Source: Anaerolineae bacterium
GTDB lineage: Bacteria > Chloroflexota > Anaerolineae > Epilineales > Epilineaceae
Direction of reading: 5' to 3'
DNA length: 39,609 nt
Assembly (NCBI GenBank): GCA_029262755.1
Contig: JAJCYU010000120.1
Span: 1 to 39,609 of the forward strand
Below, piece by piece: positions 26,854 through 36,115 of the stretch. A program made the position numbers and the translations under genes. Each line of letters opens with the position of its first letter. Within the stretch, counting starts at the first letter, position 1. Below the pieces are notes generated by a model. That model was not told the origin of the DNA and did not search any database. It saw nothing but the letters and a program-made list of their open reading frames with translations.

Positions 26854-28314
26854 ATGACCGCTGCCCCCGACCCGTCTGCCCTCCCCACGACCGTGCGCTT
26901 CGTTCGCGACAACCGACGCCTGCTCGCTTTCGGCCTCTTGACGGCCTTCTTTTCCTCCTTTGGGCAGACGTACTTCATCGGGACCTTCGGCGACGCGTTG
27001 AAGGCCGAGTTTTCGCTTAGCGACGGGCAGTTCGGCGGTCTGTACTCCATAGCCACCTTGGCCAGCGCATTCGCGTTGACGTGGACGGGTCGACAGTTCG
27101 ACCGGCTGCCGCTGCGTCGCTATGTGACGTGGGTGGTGGTTGGTCTCGTCGTGGCAGCCGTATTGATGAGCACGGCGCGCAACGTGTGGATGTTGGGGCT
27201 CGCACTGTTCGCGTTGCGACATACCGGACAGGGCTTGATGAGCCATACGTCAGGCACGAGCATGGCGCGCGCCTTCGACGGGGCGCGGGGAAAAGCGCTG
27301 AGCATCGCGGCGATGGGTTATCCGCTCGGGCAGGCGGTGCTACCCGCGATCGCGGTGGCGGGCGTGGCCTTCCTCGGCTGGCGGGCGACGTGGGGGTTGG
27401 TCGTGCTCGTGCTGCTCGTGCTGGTCGCGCCGGGTCTACGGTGGCTGCTGCACGGCGTGGAGGATCACGGCGAGGAAAATCACACGGACGAGAGCGGGGC
27501 GGGGTCGTCTGGAGGCGGCAAGCCGAAGGCCGTGTTGGGGGGAGCGCAGGAGTCGTCTACGGGAGTGAGCACGGCAGCGGCGTCGGCGTCGAGTGCGGGG
27601 TTGTCGGCAAGCGCACCGTCGTCGTCGAGCGCGACGTTGACGACGGTATCCCTACCTGAGGTATCCCTACCTGATTCGGTGTTGCCGCTACCGCCTGTGC
27701 AGGACGACGACGCGTGGACCCGCAGCCGTGTGCTGCGGGATCCGCGTTTCTGGTTTGTACTGCCGGCCGCGATTGCCCCTGGCTTTATCCTGACTGGGGT
27801 GTTCTTTCACCAGAGCACGCTTGTGGCGGCCAAGGGCTGGGACCTCGCGACGTGGACCGCGCTGTTCATCGTCTACTCCGCGTTCCAGATCGGCGGTTCG
27901 CTTGGGGCGGGGCCGCTCGTAGACCGGGTCACGGCGCGCGCGGTGTTGCCGTTCTTTCTGCTGCCGATGACCGCGGGCCTCGTGCTCCTCGTGGTCGGTG
28001 GTGGGTTGGGCATCTGGCTAGCCCCAGCCTTCCTGGCGACGCAGGGGATCACGGCGGGGCTGAGCATGACCCTCAGCGGCGCGCTGTGGGCGGAGCTATA
28101 CGGGGTGCGACATTTGGGTGCGATCCGTGCGACCGTAACATCGTTTGGAATCATGGGTACCGCCGCATCGCCGGTCGGCATGGGGGCGTTGCTCGATCGC
28201 GGTGTGAGCATGGACACGCTGGCCTGGCTGGCCGTGGGCTATCTCGTGGTGGCCATGCTCGGTGTCGCGATCGGATTGCGTGGTGGCAAACGATCGATGC
28301 GTGAGGTCGTTTGA
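26854..28314 (+). CDS. MFS transporter with an expanded low-complexity central loop
   Basis: About 12 hydrophobic segments; FFSSFGQTYFIG, GRQFDR motif A-like, GKALSIAAMG and WAELYGVRHLGAIR. Confidence 0.9.
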   Translation: MTAAPDPSALPTTVRFVRDNRRLLAFGLLTAFFSSFGQTYFIGTFGDALKAEFSLSDGQFGGLYSIATLASAFALTWTGRQFDRLPLRRYVTWVVVGLVVAAVLMSTARNVWMLGLALFALRHTGQGLMSHTSGTSMARAFDGARGKALSIAAMGYPLGQAVLPAIAVAGVAFLGWRATWGLVVLVLLVLVAPGLRWLLHGVEDHGEENHTDESGAGSSGGGKPKAVLGGAQESSTGVSTAAASASSAGLSASAPSSSSATLTTVSLPEVSLPDSVLPLPPVQDDDAWTRSRVLRDPRFWFVLPAAIAPGFILTGVFFHQSTLVAAKGWDLATWTALFIVYSAFQIGGSLGAGPLVDRVTARAVLPFFLLPMTAGLVLLVVGGGLGIWLAPAFLATQGITAGLSMTLSGALWAELYGVRHLGAIRATVTSFGIMGTAASPVGMGALLDRGVSMDTLAWLAVGYLVVAMLGVAIGLRGGKRSMREVV

Positions 28315-28472
28315 CGGGCTGGGGCTCGATGAATGGGGACCGACGTGCCAGCCAAGAGTACGGCGCCGAGATGCCGAATCGATAACAGTTCCTTGATACG
28401 CTTCCGGCGGCGGTGACGAGGATTGCAACCGCCCCATCCCCCACGACTCGACGAGCCTGTAGGAGCGCCACG

Positions 28473-30803
28473 ATGCGTCGCTACTCGATTCCCACCGTCC
28501 TGCTGCTATTCGGCGCGACGGCCGTGTTCGCCATTGCGCCGGCTTCCGTCGAGCAATCGGTCGCCGCTGCGCCGGTGGATTCGGTGCCGGCCGGCGTCGC
28601 TCCCATCGCCGCGGCGCCCGACGGCCTGCTTCAAGATCCACCGGCCGACGAAGAGCCGGAGCTCTACGACGACCAGGTCGTCCACGACGTGCACTTCACG
28701 TTCGAGTCGAGCGATTGGCAATCCCAGCTGCACTGTCCGGCGCGCGGAGGACCCGGGGGGCCAGGCGGACCGGCTCGCCCAACGCCGGAGCCGCCGACCG
28801 ACCTGCCGGCGCGGTTGGAGATCGACGGGCACGTCATTGAGCGGGTGGGCGTTCGTTGTAAGGGCAACTCTTCGACGGGGATCAACGGCCCCAAGAAGCC
28901 GCTCAACCTCACGATCGACTCGTTCGACGATGGGCAGGATCTGTGGGGCTTCGACGTGATCAACTTCAACAACAACTACAACGACCCATCCCAGATGCGC
29001 GAGGCGATCATCCTGTCCATGTTGGGCACGTACATGCCCGTGCCACGCCATTCGTGGGCGCAGGTGCACGTCAACGGCCAGGTTGTGGGGCTGTACCTGC
29101 TCGTCGAGCAACTCGATCGGACGTACTCGGAGGACACCTTCGGTGATGCGGGGATCATGATTCGCGGCGACTCGCCCGACATCATTGCGTTCGAGTCCTC
29201 GACGCTCAATTGGCTGGGCGAGGACGTCGACGCGTACCGTGCCGGGTACGAGGTGAAGGGGCGCAACGCCGACTCGGACGAGGGCTACGAGCTGGTGCGC
29301 GAGCTGACCCGGGCGCTCGATGCACCCGAGAGCGCGGGCGGGCTCGCGGAGGAAGACCTCAACGAGGGGCTGTGGGAGATCCTCGATGTGGATAGCGCGC
29401 TTTGGTACATCGCTGGACATAACATCACGGCCGATTACGACAGCTACTTCGTGGGCAAGAACTTCTTCCTGCACTACGGAGAGCGCGATCCACGCCACCA
29501 CATGATCAGCTGGGATATGGGTCTGGGCTTTGGGCTGTTCCCCTTTATCGTTCCCGGCGGAGGTTTCGGTCCCGGCGGCCCCGGCGGACCGGGAGGGGGC
29601 ACGCCCGTCGAGCGCGTGGATCCCTTTGCGCAGGCGGAGTCCATGCAGCGGCCGCTGATCCGTCGGCTGCTGAGCGTACCGGAGTTCCGCGCCGACTACG
29701 TGGCCCACTACCGCGAGCTGCGCGCGAGCCTGTTCACTCAGGAATGGGTCGGCGCGTTGGGCGCGCGCTACCAAGAGCTCACCCGCGCGGCCGTGACGGC
29801 CGAGGAGACCGCGAACGGCTCGATCGCCGGCGCGTTCACCCTCGCGCAATGGGAGCAAAACCTCAACGAGCCGGTGGAGATCGCCGGCCGACGCGGCTCG
29901 ACAACGGTGCCTGGAATCGTGTCGCTCGTGCGCGAGCGTGGCGCGTTTCTCGACGGGCTGGCGGTCCTGCAGCCGCCGGACATCGACTTGGCGGAGCACG
30001 CGGTCGTGCCCGAGGCGCCGACCTCACGCGACGCGGTGACGTTGGTCGCGCGCTTCGACGGCGGCGACGCGGTAACGTCGGCGCAGCTGCGCTATCGGGT
30101 GCGGGGCGGCGTCGAGCAGCGCGTGCCGATGACGCGCGACGAGGACGGCTCGTGGACCGCGGTCGTGCCCGCGCAGGCGACGGGTCGGACGGTGACCTAC
30201 GCGTTCCGAGCCGAGATCGAGGATGGCCGCGTGACGTTCTTCCCGGCCGCCAACTGGACGCAACCCTTCGCGTACGAGATTGCCGGCGTCACGCTACCGC
30301 GCGAGGAGACGGGGGCGCTCGTCATCAACGAGCTGCTTGCGGACAACGAGGCCGGGCTGCTCGACGAGGCGGATGAAGCGGAAGACTGGCTCGAGTTGTA
30401 CAACCGCGGCGATGAGCCGATCGACCTGGCCGGCCACTTCATTTCCGACGACGCGGAGGATCCGTGGTCGTATGGACTACCGGCTATGAGCCTGTTGCCG
30501 GGCGAGCACCTACTGATCTGGTGCGACGGAGATCTGGATCAGGGACCGCTGCACACCCCGTTTCGCTTGAGTCGCGGTGGGGAGAGCGTGGTGTTGGCCA
30601 CCGCGGACGCCATCGTGGATCAGGTGGACTTCGGTGAGCAGGTTGCGGACGTTAGTTTTGGGCGTGTCACCGATGGCGCCGACACCTGGGACCAATGCGC
30701 CACGCCCTCGCCGGGGGCGGCCAATGCGTGCACGGGCTATGAAGCGCCGCCCGAGCCGCCGGCGACCTGGAGCCTGTACTTACCCCGAGTTCTGGACGAA
30801 TAA
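28473..30803 (+). CDS. Secreted CotH-family kinase with Ig-like domain, lamin tail domain and C-terminal LYLPRV motif
   Basis: AGGAG RBS; signal peptide; VGVRCKGNSS, KKPLNL, DPSQMRE, GLYLLVEQ, DYDSY..KNFFLH and ISWDMGLGFG CotH motifs; LTD LVINELLADN...DWLELYN. Confidence 0.88.
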   Translation: MRRYSIPTVLLLFGATAVFAIAPASVEQSVAAAPVDSVPAGVAPIAAAPDGLLQDPPADEEPELYDDQVVHDVHFTFESSDWQSQLHCPARGGPGGPGGPARPTPEPPTDLPARLEIDGHVIERVGVRCKGNSSTGINGPKKPLNLTIDSFDDGQDLWGFDVINFNNNYNDPSQMREAIILSMLGTYMPVPRHSWAQVHVNGQVVGLYLLVEQLDRTYSEDTFGDAGIMIRGDSPDIIAFESSTLNWLGEDVDAYRAGYEVKGRNADSDEGYELVRELTRALDAPESAGGLAEEDLNEGLWEILDVDSALWYIAGHNITADYDSYFVGKNFFLHYGERDPRHHMISWDMGLGFGLFPFIVPGGGFGPGGPGGPGGGTPVERVDPFAQAESMQRPLIRRLLSVPEFRADYVAHYRELRASLFTQEWVGALGARYQELTRAAVTAEETANGSIAGAFTLAQWEQNLNEPVEIAGRRGSTTVPGIVSLVRERGAFLDGLAVLQPPDIDLAEHAVVPEAPTSRDAVTLVARFDGGDAVTSAQLRYRVRGGVEQRVPMTRDEDGSWTAVVPAQATGRTVTYAFRAEIEDGRVTFFPAANWTQPFAYEIAGVTLPREETGALVINELLADNEAGLLDEADEAEDWLELYNRGDEPIDLAGHFISDDAEDPWSYGLPAMSLLPGEHLLIWCDGDLDQGPLHTPFRLSRGGESVVLATADAIVDQVDFGEQVADVSFGRVTDGADTWDQCATPSPGAANACTGYEAPPEPPATWSLYLPRVLDE

Positions 30804-31110
30804 GTCGGTTGCGTAGGAGGGCCGCGCCCGGCGATTCGTTCCTCCGGCGCGGCGCTTGCTCTCGGTAGGTTGCGCGCATTGCCGGCGGCCGAATTTGGAG
30901 TGGTGGTCGATGATGACGAAGCACTCGGTGTATCGGCAGACCTCGACGTCCACAAACGGTTGTCACCATGGACGGATTTGCGGGCCGGCAGCCGAACGCG
31001 GTGCCGGCGAAACTCGGCATTCGTCCGCGGCGAGATCGTGGAGGAGACGTGCTCCTGCGCAAGCGACCTGGAGAATGCATGACGCGACCGTCCTCTGTCA
31101 TGAAATTAAC

Positions 31111-31138
31111 TTGTGTTGGGACGTTTTCCGGGTATACT
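31111..31138 (+). promoter_or_regulatory. Putative sigma70 promoter upstream of the cold-shock gene leader
   Basis: TTGTGT (31111-31116), 16 nt, TATACT (31133-31138), with an AT-rich stretch just upstream. Confidence 0.5.
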
Positions 31139-31191
31139 GCCACCGGTATCGCGTCCTAACGGGCGCGTCGAGCAGCCAGAGAACACGCAGC

Positions 31192-31228
31192 GGGGGTCCT
31201 GGGTTGCACTACCGGGAGCCCCCTTTTT
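31192..31228 (+). terminator. Intrinsic-terminator-like hairpin inside the csp upstream region
   Basis: GGGGG-TCCTGG pairs with CCGGGA-(G bulge)-CCCCC, followed directly by a T run. Confidence 0.6.
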
Positions 31229-31346
31229 GCATGGGCTCGTAGGCAAATCGAAACCAGGGAGGGCGACTTGCGCTCTCCCAATGTAGAAGGCGACTCGCGT
31301 CTTCTCAGTATCGTGCACGTGCACGCAACACAGGAGTGGCAACACC

Positions 31347-31556
31347 ATGGCGACCGGTATTGTGAAGTGGTTCAACGACACCAAGGGCTTCGGCTTTATT
31401 ACGCCCGACGGCGGCGGAGAAGACTGCTTCGTCCACCATACCGCCATCCAGGGCACCGGCTTCAAGACGTTGGCCGAGGGTGAGAAGGTTGAGTTTGAGA
31501 TCACGCAGGGCAAGAAGGGCCCCGCGGCCGAGAACGTCGTTCGGATGGGCATGTAA
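31347..31556 (+). CDS. cspA: Cold-shock protein (CspA family)
   Basis: [15 protein letters not shown] (RNP1), DCFVHHTAI (RNP2) and [18 protein letters not shown]. Confidence 0.97.
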   Translation: MATGIVKWFNDTKGFGFITPDGGGEDCFVHHTAIQGTGFKTLAEGEKVEFEITQGKKGPAAENVVRMGM

Positions 31557-31620
31557 TTGCTCGTTCGGCACGTGCGGGAAGCGCCTTGCGCGCCGGCTGA
31601 CACGTCGCTAACGACTTAAC

Positions 31621-31654
31621 ATCGGGGGCCGCGCCGCAAGGCGCGGCCCCCGAT
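31621..31654 (+). terminator. Terminator hairpin after csp
   Basis: ATCGGGGGCCGCGCC-GCAA-GGCGCGGCCCCCGAT, a perfect 15-bp stem with a GNRA loop. Confidence 0.8.
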
Positions 31655-31788
31655 TCGTTAAGGGCTCCATGACGACCGGTGTCGTGAGCGAATTCAAGAT
31701 TGGGTGCAATCAATTCGTGCCAGGATGCGTGTACAGGGATGGCGGCCTCGAAGCCGCGACCACGTCCAAGCTCCCCAGGAGAACACCC

Positions 31789-32208
31789 ATGACCGCGATC
31801 ACGCGCCAACTCGATGAACGACTGACAAGCATCGCCGCCCTACCAGGGATCGGGCTATTCGTAACCCGTGTTGCTACGGCGTTGATCTTCCTCTATCACG
31901 GATGGCCGAAGGCCACGGATTGGGCGATGGCCACAGACAAATTTATCGGCTTCGGTTTGCCCGGCTTTCTCGGCCCACTCGTGGGCATCCTCGAGGTCGT
32001 GTTTGGGTTGACCTTGCTCGTCGGCTTCATGACCCGCGTCAGCAGCATCGTGCTTGGCGTCATCATCATCGTGGCGCTTCTGGCGGTGCAGCTTCCCGGT
32101 GGTTCGGTCAGCGCGGGCCTTGAACGCGACGCCATGATTCTGGCCGCCACAATCGTATTGGCCGCCTACGGTCCGGGACGCTGGGCCGCAGACCGAACAG
32201 AAGGCTGA
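31789..32208 (+). CDS. DoxX family membrane protein
   Basis: RVATALIFLYHGWPK, EVVFGLTLLVGFMTR and AYGPGRWAAD. AGGAG RBS. Confidence 0.9.
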   Translation: MTAITRQLDERLTSIAALPGIGLFVTRVATALIFLYHGWPKATDWAMATDKFIGFGLPGFLGPLVGILEVVFGLTLLVGFMTRVSSIVLGVIIIVALLAVQLPGGSVSAGLERDAMILAATIVLAAYGPGRWAADRTEG

Positions 32209-32213
32209 GCAAC

Positions 32214-32795
32214 GTGTCTTCCTCCGCGACGCGGCCCCTTCGATTTCCGGGGTCGCGTCGCGCTTCGGATTCGGGGGCGCAGCCTGGTCCGGATTCGCGA
32301 GCGGAGCTCGACCAAATCGAGGAGCTGCTGCAGCGAGGCTATCGTTATGCGATGGCGTTGACGCACGATGCTGATCGCGCCGCGGATCTGGTGCAGGACG
32401 CGGCCGAAGGGGTGAGCCGACGCGGCGGGCCCTGGTCGCTGCCCTATGTGTTGCGAGCCATTCGCAATCGGCACATCGACCTTCATCGGCGTAAGGGGCT
32501 GTCGCTTGTCGCCCTTGACGTCCGTCATCCTCAGCCGTCGCAGGAACCCGATCTGCCGACCGGCGCCGCCGACCCGCGATTGGAACGCGCATTGGCCGCG
32601 TTGGATACGGACGATCGGGAGCTGCTGTACCTTTCGGCGGTCGAGGGCTGGACCGCGGCCGAGATTGCGGATCTAACCCGTCGCCCTCGCGGCACCGTGT
32701 TGAGCCGCATGGCGCGAGCGAAGGCGCGTATGCGGGCGTCCCTGGAGAAGGAAGGGCAGCCGAACGGTCGGTCGGCGAAGGAGGAAGGCACGTGA
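32214..32795 (+). CDS. ECF-type sigma-70 factor
   Basis: Region 2 YRYAMALTHD..AADLVQD..IRNRHID and region 4 EGWTAAEIADL...GTVLSRMARAK. Confidence 0.9.
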   Translation: MSSSATRPLRFPGSRRASDSGAQPGPDSRAELDQIEELLQRGYRYAMALTHDADRAADLVQDAAEGVSRRGGPWSLPYVLRAIRNRHIDLHRRKGLSLVALDVRHPQPSQEPDLPTGAADPRLERALAALDTDDRELLYLSAVEGWTAAEIADLTRRPRGTVLSRMARAKARMRASLEKEGQPNGRSAKEEGT

Positions 32796-33547
32796 GCGAC
32801 GACCAAGCGCGAAACGATCCGCTCGAGCGGATGCGAGCGCATTATGCGACCCAGCGGATGTCGCCGGACCGACTTGCGGCGATCGTGAAGGGGATCGAAC
32901 GTCAGCGTGTCTTGCCGGAGGATGCCGAGCGCAAATGGCAGGACGGCGCACGAACCGACCAAGATGCCGCGCGCAGGACTCCGGGTGTGCATGGCACTTG
33001 GGAGTACAGTGCTGGACGGTTCGCGCCCTCGGAGCGCCCAGGCCATGCGGCGACGGCCCGGCGCGCGATCCGGGCGCTGCGGCCCTACACCAGCCTCGCC
33101 GCGGCCCTCGTGCTGGCGGTCGCCTTGGGGACGTTCGCGCGGCGCCAACAGCTGCGGGCCGCTCAGATCACCGGGGTAGCGAGTGAGATCGCGCTGAACC
33201 ACCACAAGGCGCTTGAGTTGGACGTTGAGGTGGATGGCTTTGAGGAACTCGCCGGCGCGATGCCGCTGCTCGATTTCTCGCCGATGGCGCCCGGTGCGAT
33301 CGCGACGGAGGGCTATCGACTGCTCGGTGCACGGTATTGCTCAATCGGAGGATCGATCGCGGCGCAGATTCGGCTCGTGGATTCCGGCGGTGTGCGCGCG
33401 ACGCTGTACGAGCTGCGCGAATCGGGCCATGCCGGGTTGGTCGACCACGCGGACACGGAAGTGGACGGGCTGCGGGTCCGGCTCTGGCGGGAGGGTGGCC
33501 TTCTCATGGGCCTCGCTCGGCCGATCGGCGACGTCGCGACACCGTGA
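32792..33547 (+). CDS. Probable membrane anti-sigma factor (DUF3379-like)
   Basis: Overlaps the ECF sigma stop (GTGA). Single TM helix followed by EIALNHHK...LLGARYCSIGG.IAAQIRL. Confidence 0.75.
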   Translation: MSDDQARNDPLERMRAHYATQRMSPDRLAAIVKGIERQRVLPEDAERKWQDGARTDQDAARRTPGVHGTWEYSAGRFAPSERPGHAATARRAIRALRPYTSLAAALVLAVALGTFARRQQLRAAQITGVASEIALNHHKALELDVEVDGFEELAGAMPLLDFSPMAPGAIATEGYRLLGARYCSIGGSIAAQIRLVDSGGVRATLYELRESGHAGLVDHADTEVDGLRVRLWREGGLLMGLARPIGDVATP

Positions 33548-33633
33548 TCCTGTACTGCGATTGCCAGGGACGGCCGCTTCCCTCACACTAGGCGGATGCC
33601 TGCCCCGAATCTACTGCGCCGGACGCGCGTCAC

Positions 33634-36030
33634 ATGAGCCGTCGCGCGAAGCGTAGCCCAAGGCCTCGAGCCGCTCGTAGCGCCATCCTCATCGCTGCGC
33701 CCGATCACGTGACGATGGCGTGGGTGCTGCGGGCCGCACTGTGGGTGACCGCGATGGCGACCGTTGCGCAGGTGGTCTTGGCCGTATGGTCGTCGGAGCC
33801 GGAGGCGCGGCCGCGTGCGGCGATGCTCAACGCCTTGCCGTTGAGCGCCGTGGTTGTGGCGGGGCTCATCCTTCGTGCGAACCGACCGCGTCTCGGGGCT
33901 CAGTCCTTCGTGCTGCTCCTCTGGCTCGATATGGCGATCCACAGCGCGTTGGAAGGCGGCACGAACTCGCCGACCTTCGGTTCGTTCGCGCTCGTTGTGA
34001 TTGCCGCGGGGCTGATGCTCGGAGTGCGTGTTGCATTGATCTATGGCGCCCTGACCATCGCGACGGGTGGCGCGATCCTCGCCTTCGAGCTCGCGGAGAT
34101 GCTGCCGGCCTTCGAGCCCGTGCCAGGGCACCGGCTTGCGGCGCACATCGCCAGGGTTGTCGCCGGAGCTGGAATCCTATGGGTGGCGATGGGCGCGGTT
34201 GTGCAGGCCGTCGGGGAGGCAAGGGAGAGCCAGCGCTCCGAACGGCGCCTGCGGCGACGCTTGGCCGCCCTGCATGCGGTCAGCGTGCAGCTTGCTCGTA
34301 GACGGAGTGTCGATTCCCTGTGCCGCTCCGCCGTCGAGGCGGCCCACAGCACCCTTCATCTCGGACGCGCCGGATTGTGGCTGGTCGACGGCGAAGGGCG
34401 GGCACGAGGTACGTGGGGCATCGATGAGAACGGGCAACTTCGGGCCGAACACGCCCGACGCTTGCGGATCTCCCCGGACTCGGTGATGGGCAAGGTGATC
34501 GCGGGGGAGACGGATCTCGTGATGCGCGAGCAGGCAACCCTTGTCGACGATCGCGGGCGCCCGGTCGGCACGGGCTGGCACGCGGTGATCGGCCTCGGGG
34601 ACGAGAGCGGCGTCCTCGGGTGCCTGTGCATCGACGGGTTGCTGGCGACGAGCGAAGTGCCCCCGCCCTACACGGCGACGATCCTGCGTGACTACGCGGG
34701 GCACCTCGGCCAACTGCTGCGCCGCCTGCGTGCCGAGCGCACGTTGCGTCGGCGCGAACAGGTGCTCGGGGCCGTCGGTGACGCGGCGCGTGCGTTTCTC
34801 GACGCGGCGAGCTGGAGCGACGTCATCGACGATGTCTTGCGGCGCATCGGGGAGGCTGCGGGCGTTGGAAGGGTGTATCTCGTGGAGATCCCTACCCAAG
34901 ATAAAGCCGGGCGGGTGCCCCTGTGGCGAGCAGAGTGGAGCGCGCCCGGAGTCACGCCGTTGCCAGGTCTGCCGGGTGCGGGCGAGTTTCCCGCGTTCGG
35001 GCTACCGCGCTGGACCGACGCCCTCCAGCGTGGCGAGCCCCAACAGGTGGCCGTCGATTCTCTTCCGCCGGCGGAGCGGGCGCTCTTGGCCCCCTTGGGG
35101 ACCCAGTCCTTGGCGGTCGTGCCGGTGCCCGTGGCCGGGGCGGTCTGGGGTTGCCTCGCATTTGACGACATCGAGTTCGAACGCCGGTGGCTGCCGGCGG
35201 AGCTCGATGCGCTTCGCGCCGCCGCCGGCCTGATCGGCGCGGCCGTGGAGCGGACGCGCACCGAGGCGGCCCTGCGCGAGGCGCAGCGGCTGGAGAGCGT
35301 AGGGATGCTGGCCGGCGGCGTCGCGCACGACTTCAACAACCTCCTAACCGGCGTGCTTGGCCAGGCGACCATCGCGCTGGCTGTCATGCCGGAGGACGAG
35401 AAGGCGCGCATCCACGTCCAGAAGTCGGTGCGCGCGGCCGAGCAGGCTGCCGTGCTCGTTCGCCAACTCTTGGCCTACGCGGGCCGCGGCGAACGGGCCC
35501 TCACCGCCATCGATCTCGACGAGGTCGTGCGGGAGACGGCCTTGTTGCTCGATACGGCGTTGCCGAGCGACGTGCTCAACCTACATCTCGCAGGCGACCT
35601 TCCCGCGCTCTATGGCGATCGGACGCAGCTCCAGCAAGTGATCATGAACTTGGTGCTCAACGCGGGGGAAGCGCTCAAGGACCGCAAGGGGACGATCACG
35701 GTCCGGACGAAGCCGTGCCGCCTGCCGAACCCGGCCTTTGCGGACGGGTGGGCGGGCGGGACCGAGCCGCCCGAGGGCGAGATGCTCTGCCTTGCGGTGC
35801 GTGACACGGGCGTGGGTATCGATGACGAGGCCCTGGAGCGCATCTTCGACCCGTTCTTCAGCACGAAGATGCATGGCCACGGGCTCGGTCTCTCGGCCGT
35901 ATTGGGCATCGTGCGTTCCCACGGCGGTGCGATTCAGGTCGAAACGACCGACGCGGGCACGGGCTTTCATGTCTTCCTTCCGGTCCCGACCGCAACGCCT
36001 GCAGAGGCAGGGGTCGTCGGCTGGGCTTGA
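33634..36030 (+). CDS. Membrane sensor histidine kinase (about 5 TM, two GAF domains, HisKA, HATPase_c), no receiver domain
   Basis: H-box AGGVAHDFNNLL, N-box QVIMNLVLNA, G1 DTGVG, F IFDPFFSTK and G2 GHGLGLS. The ORF ends about 15 aa after the ATPase domain. Confidence 0.92.
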   Translation: MSRRAKRSPRPRAARSAILIAAPDHVTMAWVLRAALWVTAMATVAQVVLAVWSSEPEARPRAAMLNALPLSAVVVAGLILRANRPRLGAQSFVLLLWLDMAIHSALEGGTNSPTFGSFALVVIAAGLMLGVRVALIYGALTIATGGAILAFELAEMLPAFEPVPGHRLAAHIARVVAGAGILWVAMGAVVQAVGEARESQRSERRLRRRLAALHAVSVQLARRRSVDSLCRSAVEAAHSTLHLGRAGLWLVDGEGRARGTWGIDENGQLRAEHARRLRISPDSVMGKVIAGETDLVMREQATLVDDRGRPVGTGWHAVIGLGDESGVLGCLCIDGLLATSEVPPPYTATILRDYAGHLGQLLRRLRAERTLRRREQVLGAVGDAARAFLDAASWSDVIDDVLRRIGEAAGVGRVYLVEIPTQDKAGRVPLWRAEWSAPGVTPLPGLPGAGEFPAFGLPRWTDALQRGEPQQVAVDSLPPAERALLAPLGTQSLAVVPVPVAGAVWGCLAFDDIEFERRWLPAELDALRAAAGLIGAAVERTRTEAALREAQRLESVGMLAGGVAHDFNNLLTGVLGQATIALAVMPEDEKARIHVQKSVRAAEQAAVLVRQLLAYAGRGERALTAIDLDEVVRETALLLDTALPSDVLNLHLAGDLPALYGDRTQLQQVIMNLVLNAGEALKDRKGTITVRTKPCRLPNPAFADGWAGGTEPPEGEMLCLAVRDTGVGIDDEALERIFDPFFSTKMHGHGLGLSAVLGIVRSHGGAIQVETTDAGTGFHVFLPVPTATPAEAGVVGWA

Positions 36031-36115
36031 GCGGCGGCGGCGCAGCGCGGTCATGCTAGACTCACGATCCGCCGCGCACATCCGTATCGCTGAAGCTTCC
36101 TAGGAGCCCTAGAAC

